DNA of 64,000 bases from a virus (taxonomy: Duplodnaviria > Caudoviricetes): the IMG/VR virus record IMGVR_UViG_3300013830_000006, positions 31,577 to 95,576 of that record. One strand, given 5' to 3'. The first letter of the stretch is position 1. Every line of letters begins with the position of its first letter. Below are positions 1 through 8,861 of the stretch, in pieces. A model generated the notes under the pieces. The model made no database searches and was not told the DNA's origin. It worked only from the letters and a program-made list of their open reading frames with translations. A program made the translations under genes and the position numbers.

Positions 1-10
1 CAAAAAGAAA

Positions 11-30
11 AAGCCCGATTGCTCGGGCTT
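11..30 (-). terminator. Intrinsic terminator hairpin
   Basis: AAGCCCGA/TCGGGCTT inverted repeat, followed on the minus strand by a U-rich tract (plus-strand A-run at 2..12). Confidence 0.7.
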
Positions 31-246
31 AAAGTTAAATGGAGACATGCGTCAACGACCCACATGTCTCCGGTGCTATTACCTACTCGGCCGGGTGCTT
101 AGCAAAGAGCACACCTTTCGGTAATGGAATGTCATCACATAGATGTGATGATGACTATAGTAGTCAGCATTACTACCCCTCCAGTTGATTGCCGATTTTT
201 GTGGCACCAACTTTGGATTGATAGATTACTTTCTACTATCACTATT
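31..246 (-). ncRNA. Candidate structured small RNA (or 11-aa peptide MLTTIVIITSM, 135..170)
   Basis: Lies between an early-type promoter (247..256) and a terminator; several stems (41..49/63..71, 78..83/120..125, 131..140/143..152); no long ORF. Confidence 0.35.
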
Positions 247-256
247 GTGATATATG
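247..256 (-). promoter_or_regulatory. phiKZ-type early promoter-like motif (CATATATCAC)
   Basis: Variant of the TATATATTAY motif repeated upstream of minus-strand units. Confidence 0.5.
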
Positions 257-306
257 TTTTAAAAAATAAGAGCTACACTCTCTATGAATAGAGAGTGTAG
301 CCTTAA

Positions 307-831
307 TTAAATCTTATTAGTTACATCAACGAATTCAATATCGTTATCAGTTACTACCGGAGTATAGATTTTCTGATTACTGCTGCCAGCCCATTTAACA
401 GTACTGGGAGTTTTATCCTGTTCAAATCTTCCAACTTTAATGTAGTTAAACATAGATAAAAACAGCTTAAATCTTTCCTGAGTATGACACTTATGTATCA
501 ACTCATTTAGATCAGCACCTGTGAATAGCATATAATCATATTCACGATTTGCTTCAGTTACTTTCTGCTTAATATAGATTAAAGTATCCAGAAGATCGTT
601 ATATTGATAAACAGGATCACCACCGCTAATAGTAACTCCAGTTTCAATAGGATCCTGCAATATCTCATTAGCTAATTCTTCTGAAGATATATCAACACCA
701 GTACCGAATGCCCAGGTATGTTCAGAATGACAGCCTTTACAATGTCTTTTGCATCCCTGAACAAATACAGTACATCTCAATCCAGGACCATTAGCACCAT
801 CATCATGAATTATTCCCGCTAAGTTGATCAT
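307..831 (-). CDS. nrdG: Anaerobic ribonucleotide reductase activating protein (radical SAM)
   Basis: NGPGLRCTVFVQGCKRHCKGCH (CxxxCxxC), GVTISGGDP and GSSNQ motifs typical of NrdG. Confidence 0.92.
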   Translation of the reverse strand: MINLAGIIHDDGANGPGLRCTVFVQGCKRHCKGCHSEHTWAFGTGVDISSEELANEILQDPIETGVTISGGDPVYQYNDLLDTLIYIKQKVTEANREYDYMLFTGADLNELIHKCHTQERFKLFLSMFNYIKVGRFEQDKTPSTVKWAGSSNQKIYTPVVTDNDIEFVDVTNKI

Positions 832-1579
832 GCTTAATCTCCTTCATCATATTGTCAAGATTATTCATTTCAGTTTCTTTATAAATAGCACGAATAGGAC
901 GTATACCTTTCTTAATGTTAAGATCACCTTTGACTACTTCGGCATCTATAACATCATCACCAGACAATTGTTTCATATTGTTCTGATGTAATAGATAGAT
1001 AGTGCCTCTGATTAAATGCGTCTTACCGTTAACAGAAAATATACCGTCAGGAGATAGCATATATATTTTATTTTTCATACTTGCATAAGTAAGACATCTA
1101 AAATACTTATCAGTTACATCCTTAGGATTAAAATCATAATCAAACTGATCTTTAGTTAGTCCTAATCCTTCTGATTCAATATCTATATTGTTAGACTGAG
1201 CAATATCATTGATGAAAAGATTACCGCCACGAGGCATCAATAGTACTTTCTCAGATACTATAGATGCAGTGTTGTCAACAAAGATCAAAAATTTATTACT
1301 GTCATTAGCTGTTCGCTGTAACTGTGCTTTATAACGCATCAGACGATGAAGATAATCTTTGATCTTGGTGTTGTTATTACCATGCACCATAATCAAATCA
1401 AATTCATTCCATCGGCCATCGTTGTAATTATCTATACCAGCAACTAATACCTGATGAGACTGACAGATAATATTTTTAATACCATTATTAACAGTTAATG
1501 ATTTCTTTTCATCTGGATAAACTATATGCAGTGCTCGGGTGCATTTAGTCTTGAAATAACTACTTGATATGAGTAACAT
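803..1579 (-). CDS. Hypothetical protein
   Basis: 258-aa ORF tightly packed in the operon. Confidence 0.6.
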   Translation of the reverse strand: MLLISSSYFKTKCTRALHIVYPDEKKSLTVNNGIKNIICQSHQVLVAGIDNYNDGRWNEFDLIMVHGNNNTKIKDYLHRLMRYKAQLQRTANDSNKFLIFVDNTASIVSEKVLLMPRGGNLFINDIAQSNNIDIESEGLGLTKDQFDYDFNPKDVTDKYFRCLTYASMKNKIYMLSPDGIFSVNGKTHLIRGTIYLLHQNNMKQLSGDDVIDAEVVKGDLNIKKGIRPIRAIYKETEMNNLDNMMKEIKHDQLSGNNS

Positions 1580-2362
1580 TTATAATCCTTTATAAGTACT
1601 TCTGGTAAGCTGATCCATAATAGGAAGCAAGATAGTATAATTCTTATTATCTATAACAGTAGGAATAGGCATTATGAATAACGGTTTCTCTCTGTCATTG
1701 AGAATCCTACATGCTTTCTGATATCTTCGTACCCAATCTGATTCAATGATCATAAAGAATGGAATTCTTATATCGTATTTATGAATAAACACAAATTTAT
1801 CTACCTGCTGTTTACACTTATTATAAATACGTTCATAATCATTTCCAAACCATTGCTTCATCACGGTAATTGTTTTATCTGCAACACCAGTAACTGAAAC
1901 AGGATGATAATGTTTAAGGCAATCCAGATAACCATAAACGTATAAGTGTTCAGTAGTTGATATACCTATAGTTGATTCAGTATTCTCAGCAGTGAATACA
2001 AACTTAGGTACATTTTTAAGAGTATTTATCCAGAGTTCTTTTTCCTCTTCTAACTTACCACGGGAAAAAAATATAAAAATCGGGCGTTTGAGAAATAACT
2101 GATCAATACCTTTGGTTGTCTTAGCCGTAGAAAGAGTGACAGATGGGATACCATATGCATCGTAATCCCATCCGCACTCAAAACGCCCCTGAAGCCAAGA
2201 ACAGATATGAGCTTCAGGAGAATCGTTGGAATCATTATAAAAAGCGAATGACTCCAACGACTGTATCAGAGTATCTGATAAAGATAATTCTTCTTTATTG
2301 CTAAGATAAATCAAATAGTTATTGGTATCAGCCTTCTCTACTGTGTAGTGAAGGTTTATCAT
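1580..2362 (-). CDS. Hypothetical protein
   Basis: ORF; start moved to the ATG at 2362 behind a GGAGG SD. Confidence 0.6.
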   Translation of the reverse strand: MINLHYTVEKADTNNYLIYLSNKEELSLSDTLIQSLESFAFYNDSNDSPEAHICSWLQGRFECGWDYDAYGIPSVTLSTAKTTKGIDQLFLKRPIFIFFSRGKLEEEKELWINTLKNVPKFVFTAENTESTIGISTTEHLYVYGYLDCLKHYHPVSVTGVADKTITVMKQWFGNDYERIYNKCKQQVDKFVFIHKYDIRIPFFMIIESDWVRRYQKACRILNDREKPLFIMPIPTVIDNKNYTILLPIMDQLTRSTYKGL

Positions 2363-3530
2363 TAGGTTCCTCCTTAGTTGATTTAGCATCAGAAGCATTA
2401 GCGATCTTACGTATAGGCCGTACATTATATTGCCCAATCAATTCAAAATGATTCTGTATATATTTGAGCTGATTGAACTTTGCTTTATCTGAAAAATAAC
2501 TGGCTCTTAAATATAGATCAAACTGCTCTGGTGCAAAGATATTAATTAGCTGTCTGCATATATATTCAGTAATATATGCGTCGTCGGCTAATTCCCAGTC
2601 TACTGCCAAATCATGCAAAGTCAGAACTTTATCACGAAATGTGCATATACATACGCCTATAAATTCGTACATCTGTTCGTATATCGGATTTGATTCTCTA
2701 TTAACGAATATTCCAAACATCGTAACAGATGTGTGATTAAAACGGCGTACTATGTCATCTTGCAGTATAATTGATATATCATTTCTTGACATATGTAAAC
2801 TTTCAAGTCGACGATACGATCTAAACATATCAGTACGTTTTAAAAGTTCAAATAACCTATCAAAATTAGCAATATTACAGTTATTTGCTTTATCGAAATG
2901 CGTTTTATAATTAGTTAAAATATTAGTTAATGCGTATCTTTTTTCTGCTCCTGAAGTAAGATACATGTGCTCTTCTATATCTCTGGTGATACAATCCGCT
3001 TCATTATATCTTAAAATGAGTGGTTCATTAGAACCAAAATACTTAGAACCTAAGCACTGCTGATTGTATAAATTATTGAGATCGCCGTCTACATCTAGTT
3101 TAGAAATTCGATTTAAATATCCTATTTGCTGACATTTTGAAAAATGTTTATCTGCCCATTCTTCCATTATTTCGTAGCACATGTGTCTGCGATTGCTGAG
3201 CACACTTTCATCAAAAGCAAGATTTTCTATATCTGCACGATAGTTAAATAAATCAAGTCTTTTAATCTTAACTGTAAAATAACCAAGTACATTAAGAAGA
3301 CCTTGAGACGGAAGCTGAAAATAATCTACAAAAGCATAAAAATTCTCAGGAGGTTCAACCGGTCCTTTATCTTCGTCAAACATAGCAGTATAGTAGCCGA
3401 TTACTAAAGATTTAGTGATCTTAGGATAAGTTTTACTATTAATGATAGCAATACTAGTTGGTCTACTAAAATCTCTAAGCTGTTCATAAAGAACAACTCC
3501 TTCTTCAGGAGTAAATGTATCTATAATCAT
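2328..3530 (-). CDS. Hypothetical protein (C-terminus weakly GNAT-like)
   Basis: 400-aa ORF with GAGG SD; LTLHDLAVDW segment resembles GNAT beta4 (weak). Confidence 0.55.
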   Translation of the reverse strand: MIIDTFTPEEGVVLYEQLRDFSRPTSIAIINSKTYPKITKSLVIGYYTAMFDEDKGPVEPPENFYAFVDYFQLPSQGLLNVLGYFTVKIKRLDLFNYRADIENLAFDESVLSNRRHMCYEIMEEWADKHFSKCQQIGYLNRISKLDVDGDLNNLYNQQCLGSKYFGSNEPLILRYNEADCITRDIEEHMYLTSGAEKRYALTNILTNYKTHFDKANNCNIANFDRLFELLKRTDMFRSYRRLESLHMSRNDISIILQDDIVRRFNHTSVTMFGIFVNRESNPIYEQMYEFIGVCICTFRDKVLTLHDLAVDWELADDAYITEYICRQLINIFAPEQFDLYLRASYFSDKAKFNQLKYIQNHFELIGQYNVRPIRKIANASDAKSTKEEPNDKPSLHSREG

Positions 3531-3585
3531 AACTTTACCTCAGTTAAAAAGCAAGTAATTTCTCGGATTACTTGCCTGATAATAA

Positions 3586-5259
3586 TTAGCAGTTGTTAAG
3601 CTCAATTGCGCCAAGTGCATTCAATAGTGCAACATGCTTTTCATCTGCGTACCACTCTTTGATATGGTCAATAACTGATTTGGATAACCCATACTGTCTC
3701 ATCTCAGATTCAGACTGAAACAGCCTGTGTATATCAGTTACATGACGCACATCACGTACTACTTTACTTGCAATAACTTTACTGAAACCAGGAATGCTAA
3801 GCATAGTCAATAACTGTATCATCGCTATATTCTTAGCTGCTAAATAAAGTTTGTCAAGTAATTCCTGTGAAACTGATTTAGACTTAGACTCCATCATGCT
3901 GAAGATATCTGTTAACTTAGTTATAGTTCCGCTATTGACAGCTTCGGCTATAAACTTGTCTCCAATACCTTTAACATTAAGAACATCTTTACCGATAATA
4001 AAAGTAAGAAGAGCTATAAGTCTGCCTTTACATTCGTCATTAGTGCATTTTAAATCAGTTGATATCTTTGTTACCTTTTCTCCGCAATAAGGACATACAT
4101 CAGGAAGTCCATGATATCCGTTGCTCTCAATTATCTTTGAGATCTTAGGAATAACATCTGCACTCCGTATGACAGATACTTTAGTACCAACACCTATCTG
4201 ATTACTCTCAACATAAGAAGCATTGTTAAGTGTAACTTTGTTTATGTTAACACCATTAATATTGATAGGCTCAATAACAGCAACCGGTGTTAATCTGCCA
4301 GTCCTGCCTATATTCCATTTGATTGCATCGATAACAGTATCAGAACCAGCCGCCCTAAATTTGTATGCAATACTAAACAACGGTGCATGAGTGTTCCAAC
4401 CAACTACAGAATACAATTCAATGTTGTTCTGCTTGATTACAACACCGTCAATGTCATATGGAAGATCATTTCTTGAAATTCCTATAGCATTGATAGCATT
4501 CATAATCTCTCCAAGTGAATGACATACCTCACCTCCTCTCGGAATATTGAATCCTAATTTCTTAAGTACTTCCATGCACTCATTGTGCTTAAGTTTGGAA
4601 CCTTTAACTTTAACATCCCATGCATAAAACAGCAGATTTCTTTTAGCTGTTACTTCTGGGTCGTCCTGCCTTAAACTACCAGCTGCGTAATTCCTACAGT
4701 TAGAAAACAGGGGCTGCTTGTTAGCTGCTCTGCTTATGTTTGCATCGTAAAATGCTTTCTTAGATACCACTACCTCACCACGTACTACTATTGGTTCAGC
4801 GTATGGAATACGTACAGGCAAGTTACTGATTTTATAAGCATTGGGAGTTACTGATTCGCCGTACATACCGTTACCACGAGTAACGCAACGGATAAGTTCA
4901 CCATGTTCATAAATTAATTCAACTGACAGTCCATCCATCTTGCAGTCGACATAAAACTCATCAGCATCCTTAAGATTCCTAAATCTCTTAAGAAATCTCT
5001 GCATATCGTTTTCATCGAATGCGTTCTCAAGACTATACATCGGATACACATGCTTAGTCTTATGCTCAAAAGCAGCCTCTCCAACTCTCTGAGTAGGTGA
5101 ATTGACAGCAATATCCTTAGTTGAGTCTTCATAATCCTTGACACTCTTATACAGCTGATCGTACTCAGTATCAGGAATAAGAGACTTGTTATTGACATGA
5201 TACTCGTAGCATAACTTATTCAGATAGTCTACTTTCTCAAGATACTCATCATGGGTCAT
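3586..5259 (-). CDS. ligA: NAD-dependent DNA ligase (no BRCT domain)
   Basis: KMDG adenylation motif, TRGNG, VRGEV, DGVVIK, AYKF, GRTGRLTP and a C4 zinc finger. Confidence 0.95.
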   Translation of the reverse strand: MTHDEYLEKVDYLNKLCYEYHVNNKSLIPDTEYDQLYKSVKDYEDSTKDIAVNSPTQRVGEAAFEHKTKHVYPMYSLENAFDENDMQRFLKRFRNLKDADEFYVDCKMDGLSVELIYEHGELIRCVTRGNGMYGESVTPNAYKISNLPVRIPYAEPIVVRGEVVVSKKAFYDANISRAANKQPLFSNCRNYAAGSLRQDDPEVTAKRNLLFYAWDVKVKGSKLKHNECMEVLKKLGFNIPRGGEVCHSLGEIMNAINAIGISRNDLPYDIDGVVIKQNNIELYSVVGWNTHAPLFSIAYKFRAAGSDTVIDAIKWNIGRTGRLTPVAVIEPININGVNINKVTLNNASYVESNQIGVGTKVSVIRSADVIPKISKIIESNGYHGLPDVCPYCGEKVTKISTDLKCTNDECKGRLIALLTFIIGKDVLNVKGIGDKFIAEAVNSGTITKLTDIFSMMESKSKSVSQELLDKLYLAAKNIAMIQLLTMLSIPGFSKVIASKVVRDVRHVTDIHRLFQSESEMRQYGLSKSVIDHIKEWYADEKHVALLNALGAIELNNC

Positions 5260-5372
5260 TTATCACCTTTGATATGAAATACCATACATAGCGTGGCTAT
5301 GCTCCTTAATAAAATATCTAAACTAAACCTGAGACCTTGCGATCTCAGGCTTAGCTGACAGACTTAAACTAT

Positions 5373-6143
5373 TTACTTATTTTCTTCTTCGTCATCATCC
5401 CAGCTATCGTTATCAATCTCAACAGATACCTTTTTGGTAGCTTCCTCTAACTTCTTAGCTAAGTCAGCCATAACTTCATCCTGCTTCCTGGACTGCTCTT
5501 CAGGAGTTACAGCTGCCGTAGGAGTAGAAGGTTCAATATACGGCTGATGATTAATCTCTACTGGAACATCCTTAGATGCCTGAACTGCTGACATTGTTTG
5601 CTGCATAATTGACTTAATCTTATCAGCAGACTTAGCATTGAGCTTCTGAGCAGGAGTATCTTTCTTCTCAGGCTCAGGCTTAGGAGCAACAGGGGTATTC
5701 ATGTAAAGATCATCGAGATTGGTATCCTCTGAATACGGATCTAAATACGGAGTAGGTACATTCTCAGGATTCTCAATCTTCTTAAATGAGATGATAAGAG
5801 AAGACTTTTTGTACTCAACTTTAGTCTGTTCAAAGGCATTATCGAAGTAATCTTCTTTAATGATTTCCCACGCTGCAGGAGTCTCGATAGTCATCTCAAC
5901 AAAGTTGAAAGTAATAACTGCTGCTAATCTAGGCCTAATTACTACTGCGACCTTCTTGGCGTTCTTGATGATGCTGTCCATCATTGAGCAGAAGTCAACC
6001 CACGATAATTCATAACCAAAGGTGTACTTATTATCTCTCCTCTGTTCAACGACATTGTTACCTACATTAATAATAATCTGATCATTAGGACCAGTACCGG
6101 TAAACTTAACTAAATCCTCAAACATACGTACATATGTTGTCAT
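5373..6143 (-). CDS. Hypothetical protein with acidic, disordered C-terminus
   Basis: 256-aa ORF; Pro/Glu-rich tail ending DNDSWDDDEEENK. Confidence 0.65.
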   Translation of the reverse strand: MTTYVRMFEDLVKFTGTGPNDQIIINVGNNVVEQRRDNKYTFGYELSWVDFCSMMDSIIKNAKKVAVVIRPRLAAVITFNFVEMTIETPAAWEIIKEDYFDNAFEQTKVEYKKSSLIISFKKIENPENVPTPYLDPYSEDTNLDDLYMNTPVAPKPEPEKKDTPAQKLNAKSADKIKSIMQQTMSAVQASKDVPVEINHQPYIEPSTPTAAVTPEEQSRKQDEVMADLAKKLEEATKKVSVEIDNDSWDDDEEENK

Positions 6144-6150
6144 ATTACCC

Positions 6151-7656
6151 TCACATTAATTTAAATGATTCAACCAACTTAGCCTTATCCTTGAATATGT
6201 CTAAACGGATACGGGCATGGTTAACCTGAGATGGAACTTCTTCATTACACATATCAATATAGTAAGTATCTTCGTCAGGTAACTCTCTCAATCTGCCTAA
6301 GCACTGAATTGTTTGAGGTACGCTGGCCATACTTACTGTGTTAATACATGTCTTTAATCCTTTAATATCACGTCCAGTTCCACAACTTTTTATAGTTGAA
6401 ACGATGATATTACTCTTTAAAATCTCCTCATTGCCATAAGTTTTATCACCACTTAGAAATACTGAAACAGTTTCGCTCTCATCTACTTTCTTAATCAATG
6501 CATCGGACAATGCCAGAGCAAATTTACGTGTCTGACACAGAATAAGGCAATGCTGTCCTATCTTCCTGACATTGAAGAAATATTGATAAAGCATAGGAGT
6601 TACTACACAGTTAACAAAAAGTTTAAGATACTTTCTTTGCCTTACCAGATAATTTTCATAAAGCATGTGATTGTATCCTTTAGCTGTTTTGAATCTGGAT
6701 AGATGCTCTCTAAAGATATTCAGATGATAGAAAGCAAATTCTACCGTAGTGTATCTTTTAACTAACTGTTCTCCATATTTCAGTTCAGCTGGAAAATACA
6801 TATCAAAGATACGCTTGCCATCACGAGAAGTTCTCTGATATGTAGCCGACAGATAGATGTTGACTTTGATATTAGATCTAAAATCTATCTGACTATTAGT
6901 TCCAAACTTAAGATGACATTCATCTATTACTTTAATACCTATGCCTAATACAGTGCACAGTTCTTCATACGAACGTAATGTGTTATAGCCTTCTGCATTT
7001 TCAACAGTATACAAATCCAGTGTTCTGGTACTGAATAAAATAATAGCTGGCTTATAACCATTATCTATCATAGTCCAGAGATCTTTCAACGAATCAAATC
7101 CTCTGACTATATAAATATCATCTTTTGTTAAAGTTGTAAACTGAAAAATAGAATTAAGCCACTGATCTATCAACTGACCCAAAACAATAATTGCTCTATA
7201 TCCTATCTTAACTATAGAGTTAATTGACAGAAATGTTTTACCAAACCCCGGTCTTAATGCTAATGGCCTAAAACCAATTTTGTTGTTGATTAGAAAATCA
7301 GCTGCTTCTACCTGTTCCTCTCTAGGTTTGATACCATCTCTCAGATGCATCTCTACTGACTGCGGAACTATAGGCTCAACTATGTGCTGTTCTACTTCGA
7401 AATCATAAGCTTCCATATATTCAATAAAACTGTCTAATGAATATCTAGGCATACGTAATTCACCATGAACGATATCGTACCACAGATATTTAGAAACAAT
7501 TTCTACATATTTAAGCTTAGGATTCCATTCCCTCTCATACAAAACTCTACGGATAAAATCAGCTATAGAGAAATGCGTATCAGGTAAGATACCGTTTCTA
7601 TAGACAGATACACTTATCCACGTAGTAGCTACATTCACTACTATGGTTTTAATCAT
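6151..7656 (-). CDS. SF2 helicase (phiKZ gp75-like)
   Basis: RPGFGKT Walker A, DECH, SAT and QCLGRLR motifs; downstream of the nvRNAP genes; SD-supported start at 7656. Confidence 0.85.
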   Translation of the reverse strand: MIKTIVVNVATTWISVSVYRNGILPDTHFSIADFIRRVLYEREWNPKLKYVEIVSKYLWYDIVHGELRMPRYSLDSFIEYMEAYDFEVEQHIVEPIVPQSVEMHLRDGIKPREEQVEAADFLINNKIGFRPLALRPGFGKTFLSINSIVKIGYRAIIVLGQLIDQWLNSIFQFTTLTKDDIYIVRGFDSLKDLWTMIDNGYKPAIILFSTRTLDLYTVENAEGYNTLRSYEELCTVLGIGIKVIDECHLKFGTNSQIDFRSNIKVNIYLSATYQRTSRDGKRIFDMYFPAELKYGEQLVKRYTTVEFAFYHLNIFREHLSRFKTAKGYNHMLYENYLVRQRKYLKLFVNCVVTPMLYQYFFNVRKIGQHCLILCQTRKFALALSDALIKKVDESETVSVFLSGDKTYGNEEILKSNIIVSTIKSCGTGRDIKGLKTCINTVSMASVPQTIQCLGRLRELPDEDTYYIDMCNEEVPSQVNHARIRLDIFKDKAKLVESFKLM

Positions 7657-7687
7657 ACATCCTCCAAGGTTACTCATTACTATAATA

Positions 7688-7697
7688 GTGATATATA
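7688..7697 (-). promoter_or_regulatory. Early promoter motif TATATATCAC
   Basis: Upstream of the helicase gene; TCA 13 nt further upstream. Confidence 0.6.
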
Positions 7698-7807
7698 TCT
7701 ATGGAAAAAATGAAAAAAAAAATAACCCACGCATTTAAATTGCTATGCGTGGGCTTACCTCTCATATGCTAAGCCGCCTGAGGGGGCGGGGGCATGGAGT
7801 TACCGAG

Positions 7808-8080
7808 TTATGCGCGGTCGATAGATACCTCGCTGATGAAGTACTGGGGCTCACCGGAGCTCCAGTAGTCGCCGACATAGCGACGGGGAAGCCCGCCGAT
7901 GAACCGCTCCAGCGCAGCGGTTCTGAGGACGCTGCGCTGTCCGTCCTCGCGCTCGACAAGCCAGCGGCCGCGGCCAAGCGAGAAGACGCGGTACTCGACG
8001 TCCGCAGGGACGTCGTAACTGACGCCCTCCTCGCAACGAGTGGAGACAACAACGTTGTTTGAACGATAGAACTTAGCCAT
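7808..8080 (-). CDS. Small GC-rich early protein (90 aa)
   Basis: ATG at 8080 with GGAGG SD, own promoter (8135..8144) and a downstream hairpin terminator near 7725..7757. Confidence 0.65.
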   Translation of the reverse strand: MAKFYRSNNVVVSTRCEEGVSYDVPADVEYRVFSLGRGRWLVEREDGQRSVLRTAALERFIGGLPRRYVGDYWSSGEPQYFISEVSIDRA

Positions 8081-8134
8081 GATGGCCTCCAAAAAAAGCC
8101 CGCTAGGAAGGCGATATACACTAGCTTCACCTGA

Positions 8135-8144
8135 ATAATATATA
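8135..8144 (-). promoter_or_regulatory. Early promoter motif TATATATTAT
   Basis: Repeated motif; TCA 12 nt upstream. Confidence 0.6.
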
Positions 8145-8224
8145 AGTGTTTTTCTTTGAATTACACAAAAATAAAAAGCACATCTGTATTTCAAGATGTG
8201 CTTACCAACTAATAACAATAGAGA

Positions 8225-8740
8225 CTATTTGTTTTCTTTCAAATATCTCTTAATGAGTTCAATGCGTGCTCCCTCGTCTGTCTTAAACAGGAAGTCTCCG
8301 CACCAATAAAAGACTCTCAGGAAACTCAACAGATCTCTACCCATACCGCATTTGCAGACATATCTGTCTGCTCTTGCTTCTGACAGTACAGGCATCCATC
8401 TGCGATGCTTCTCAACGCCAGCACCCTTATCATCCCATTCGATCTGCTTAAAATCATTGTGAATGATGTGGCACTTCTCATGGAGTAAAACAGCTTCAAT
8501 ACGACGCTTCCACTTTTTGGAAACAGTGTACATACGATACAGCCAAGGTGCAATAAATACATACACCTTGTCTCCTGCCTGATTGTTAGCCGAGCATACA
8601 GGCATTTTAGATCCTGGAAGAATCATGCTGTACACAGTAACGTTGTCGAGACCAATGAACTTAGTAAGTTCATCAGCCTCATCAGTTGCATGAATGATCT
8701 CAAAGAGATCAAGAGTAAAGTCAAACGGTGCTTTATCCAT
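8225..8740 (-). CDS. Putative HExxH zinc metallopeptidase-like early protein
   Basis: AVLLHEKCH plus downstream EARADRY (gluzincin-like); AAGGAG SD before the ATG at 8740. Confidence 0.6.
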   Translation of the reverse strand: MDKAPFDFTLDLFEIIHATDEADELTKFIGLDNVTVYSMILPGSKMPVCSANNQAGDKVYVFIAPWLYRMYTVSKKWKRRIEAVLLHEKCHIIHNDFKQIEWDDKGAGVEKHRRWMPVLSEARADRYVCKCGMGRDLLSFLRVFYWCGDFLFKTDEGARIELIKRYLKENK

Positions 8741-8807
8741 AATACTACTCCTTATGGAAATTAAATAAATGAAGATATAATACTGCATATCTTCTCCTAT
8801 CACGAAA

Positions 8808-8817
8808 ATAATATATA
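8808..8817 (-). promoter_or_regulatory. Early promoter motif TATATATTAT
   Basis: Repeated motif; TCA 13 nt upstream. Confidence 0.6.
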
Positions 8818-8861
8818 TGCGTGTTCTCTCTGATATTTCTATCAGAGAGAACATAACGATG

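Noticed and set aside
7745-8130. Alternative overlapping ORFs (7745..8062 +, 7762..8130 -, 7851..8036 -)
   Set aside because: By-products of local high GC; only the frame starting at 8080 has an SD, promoter and terminator
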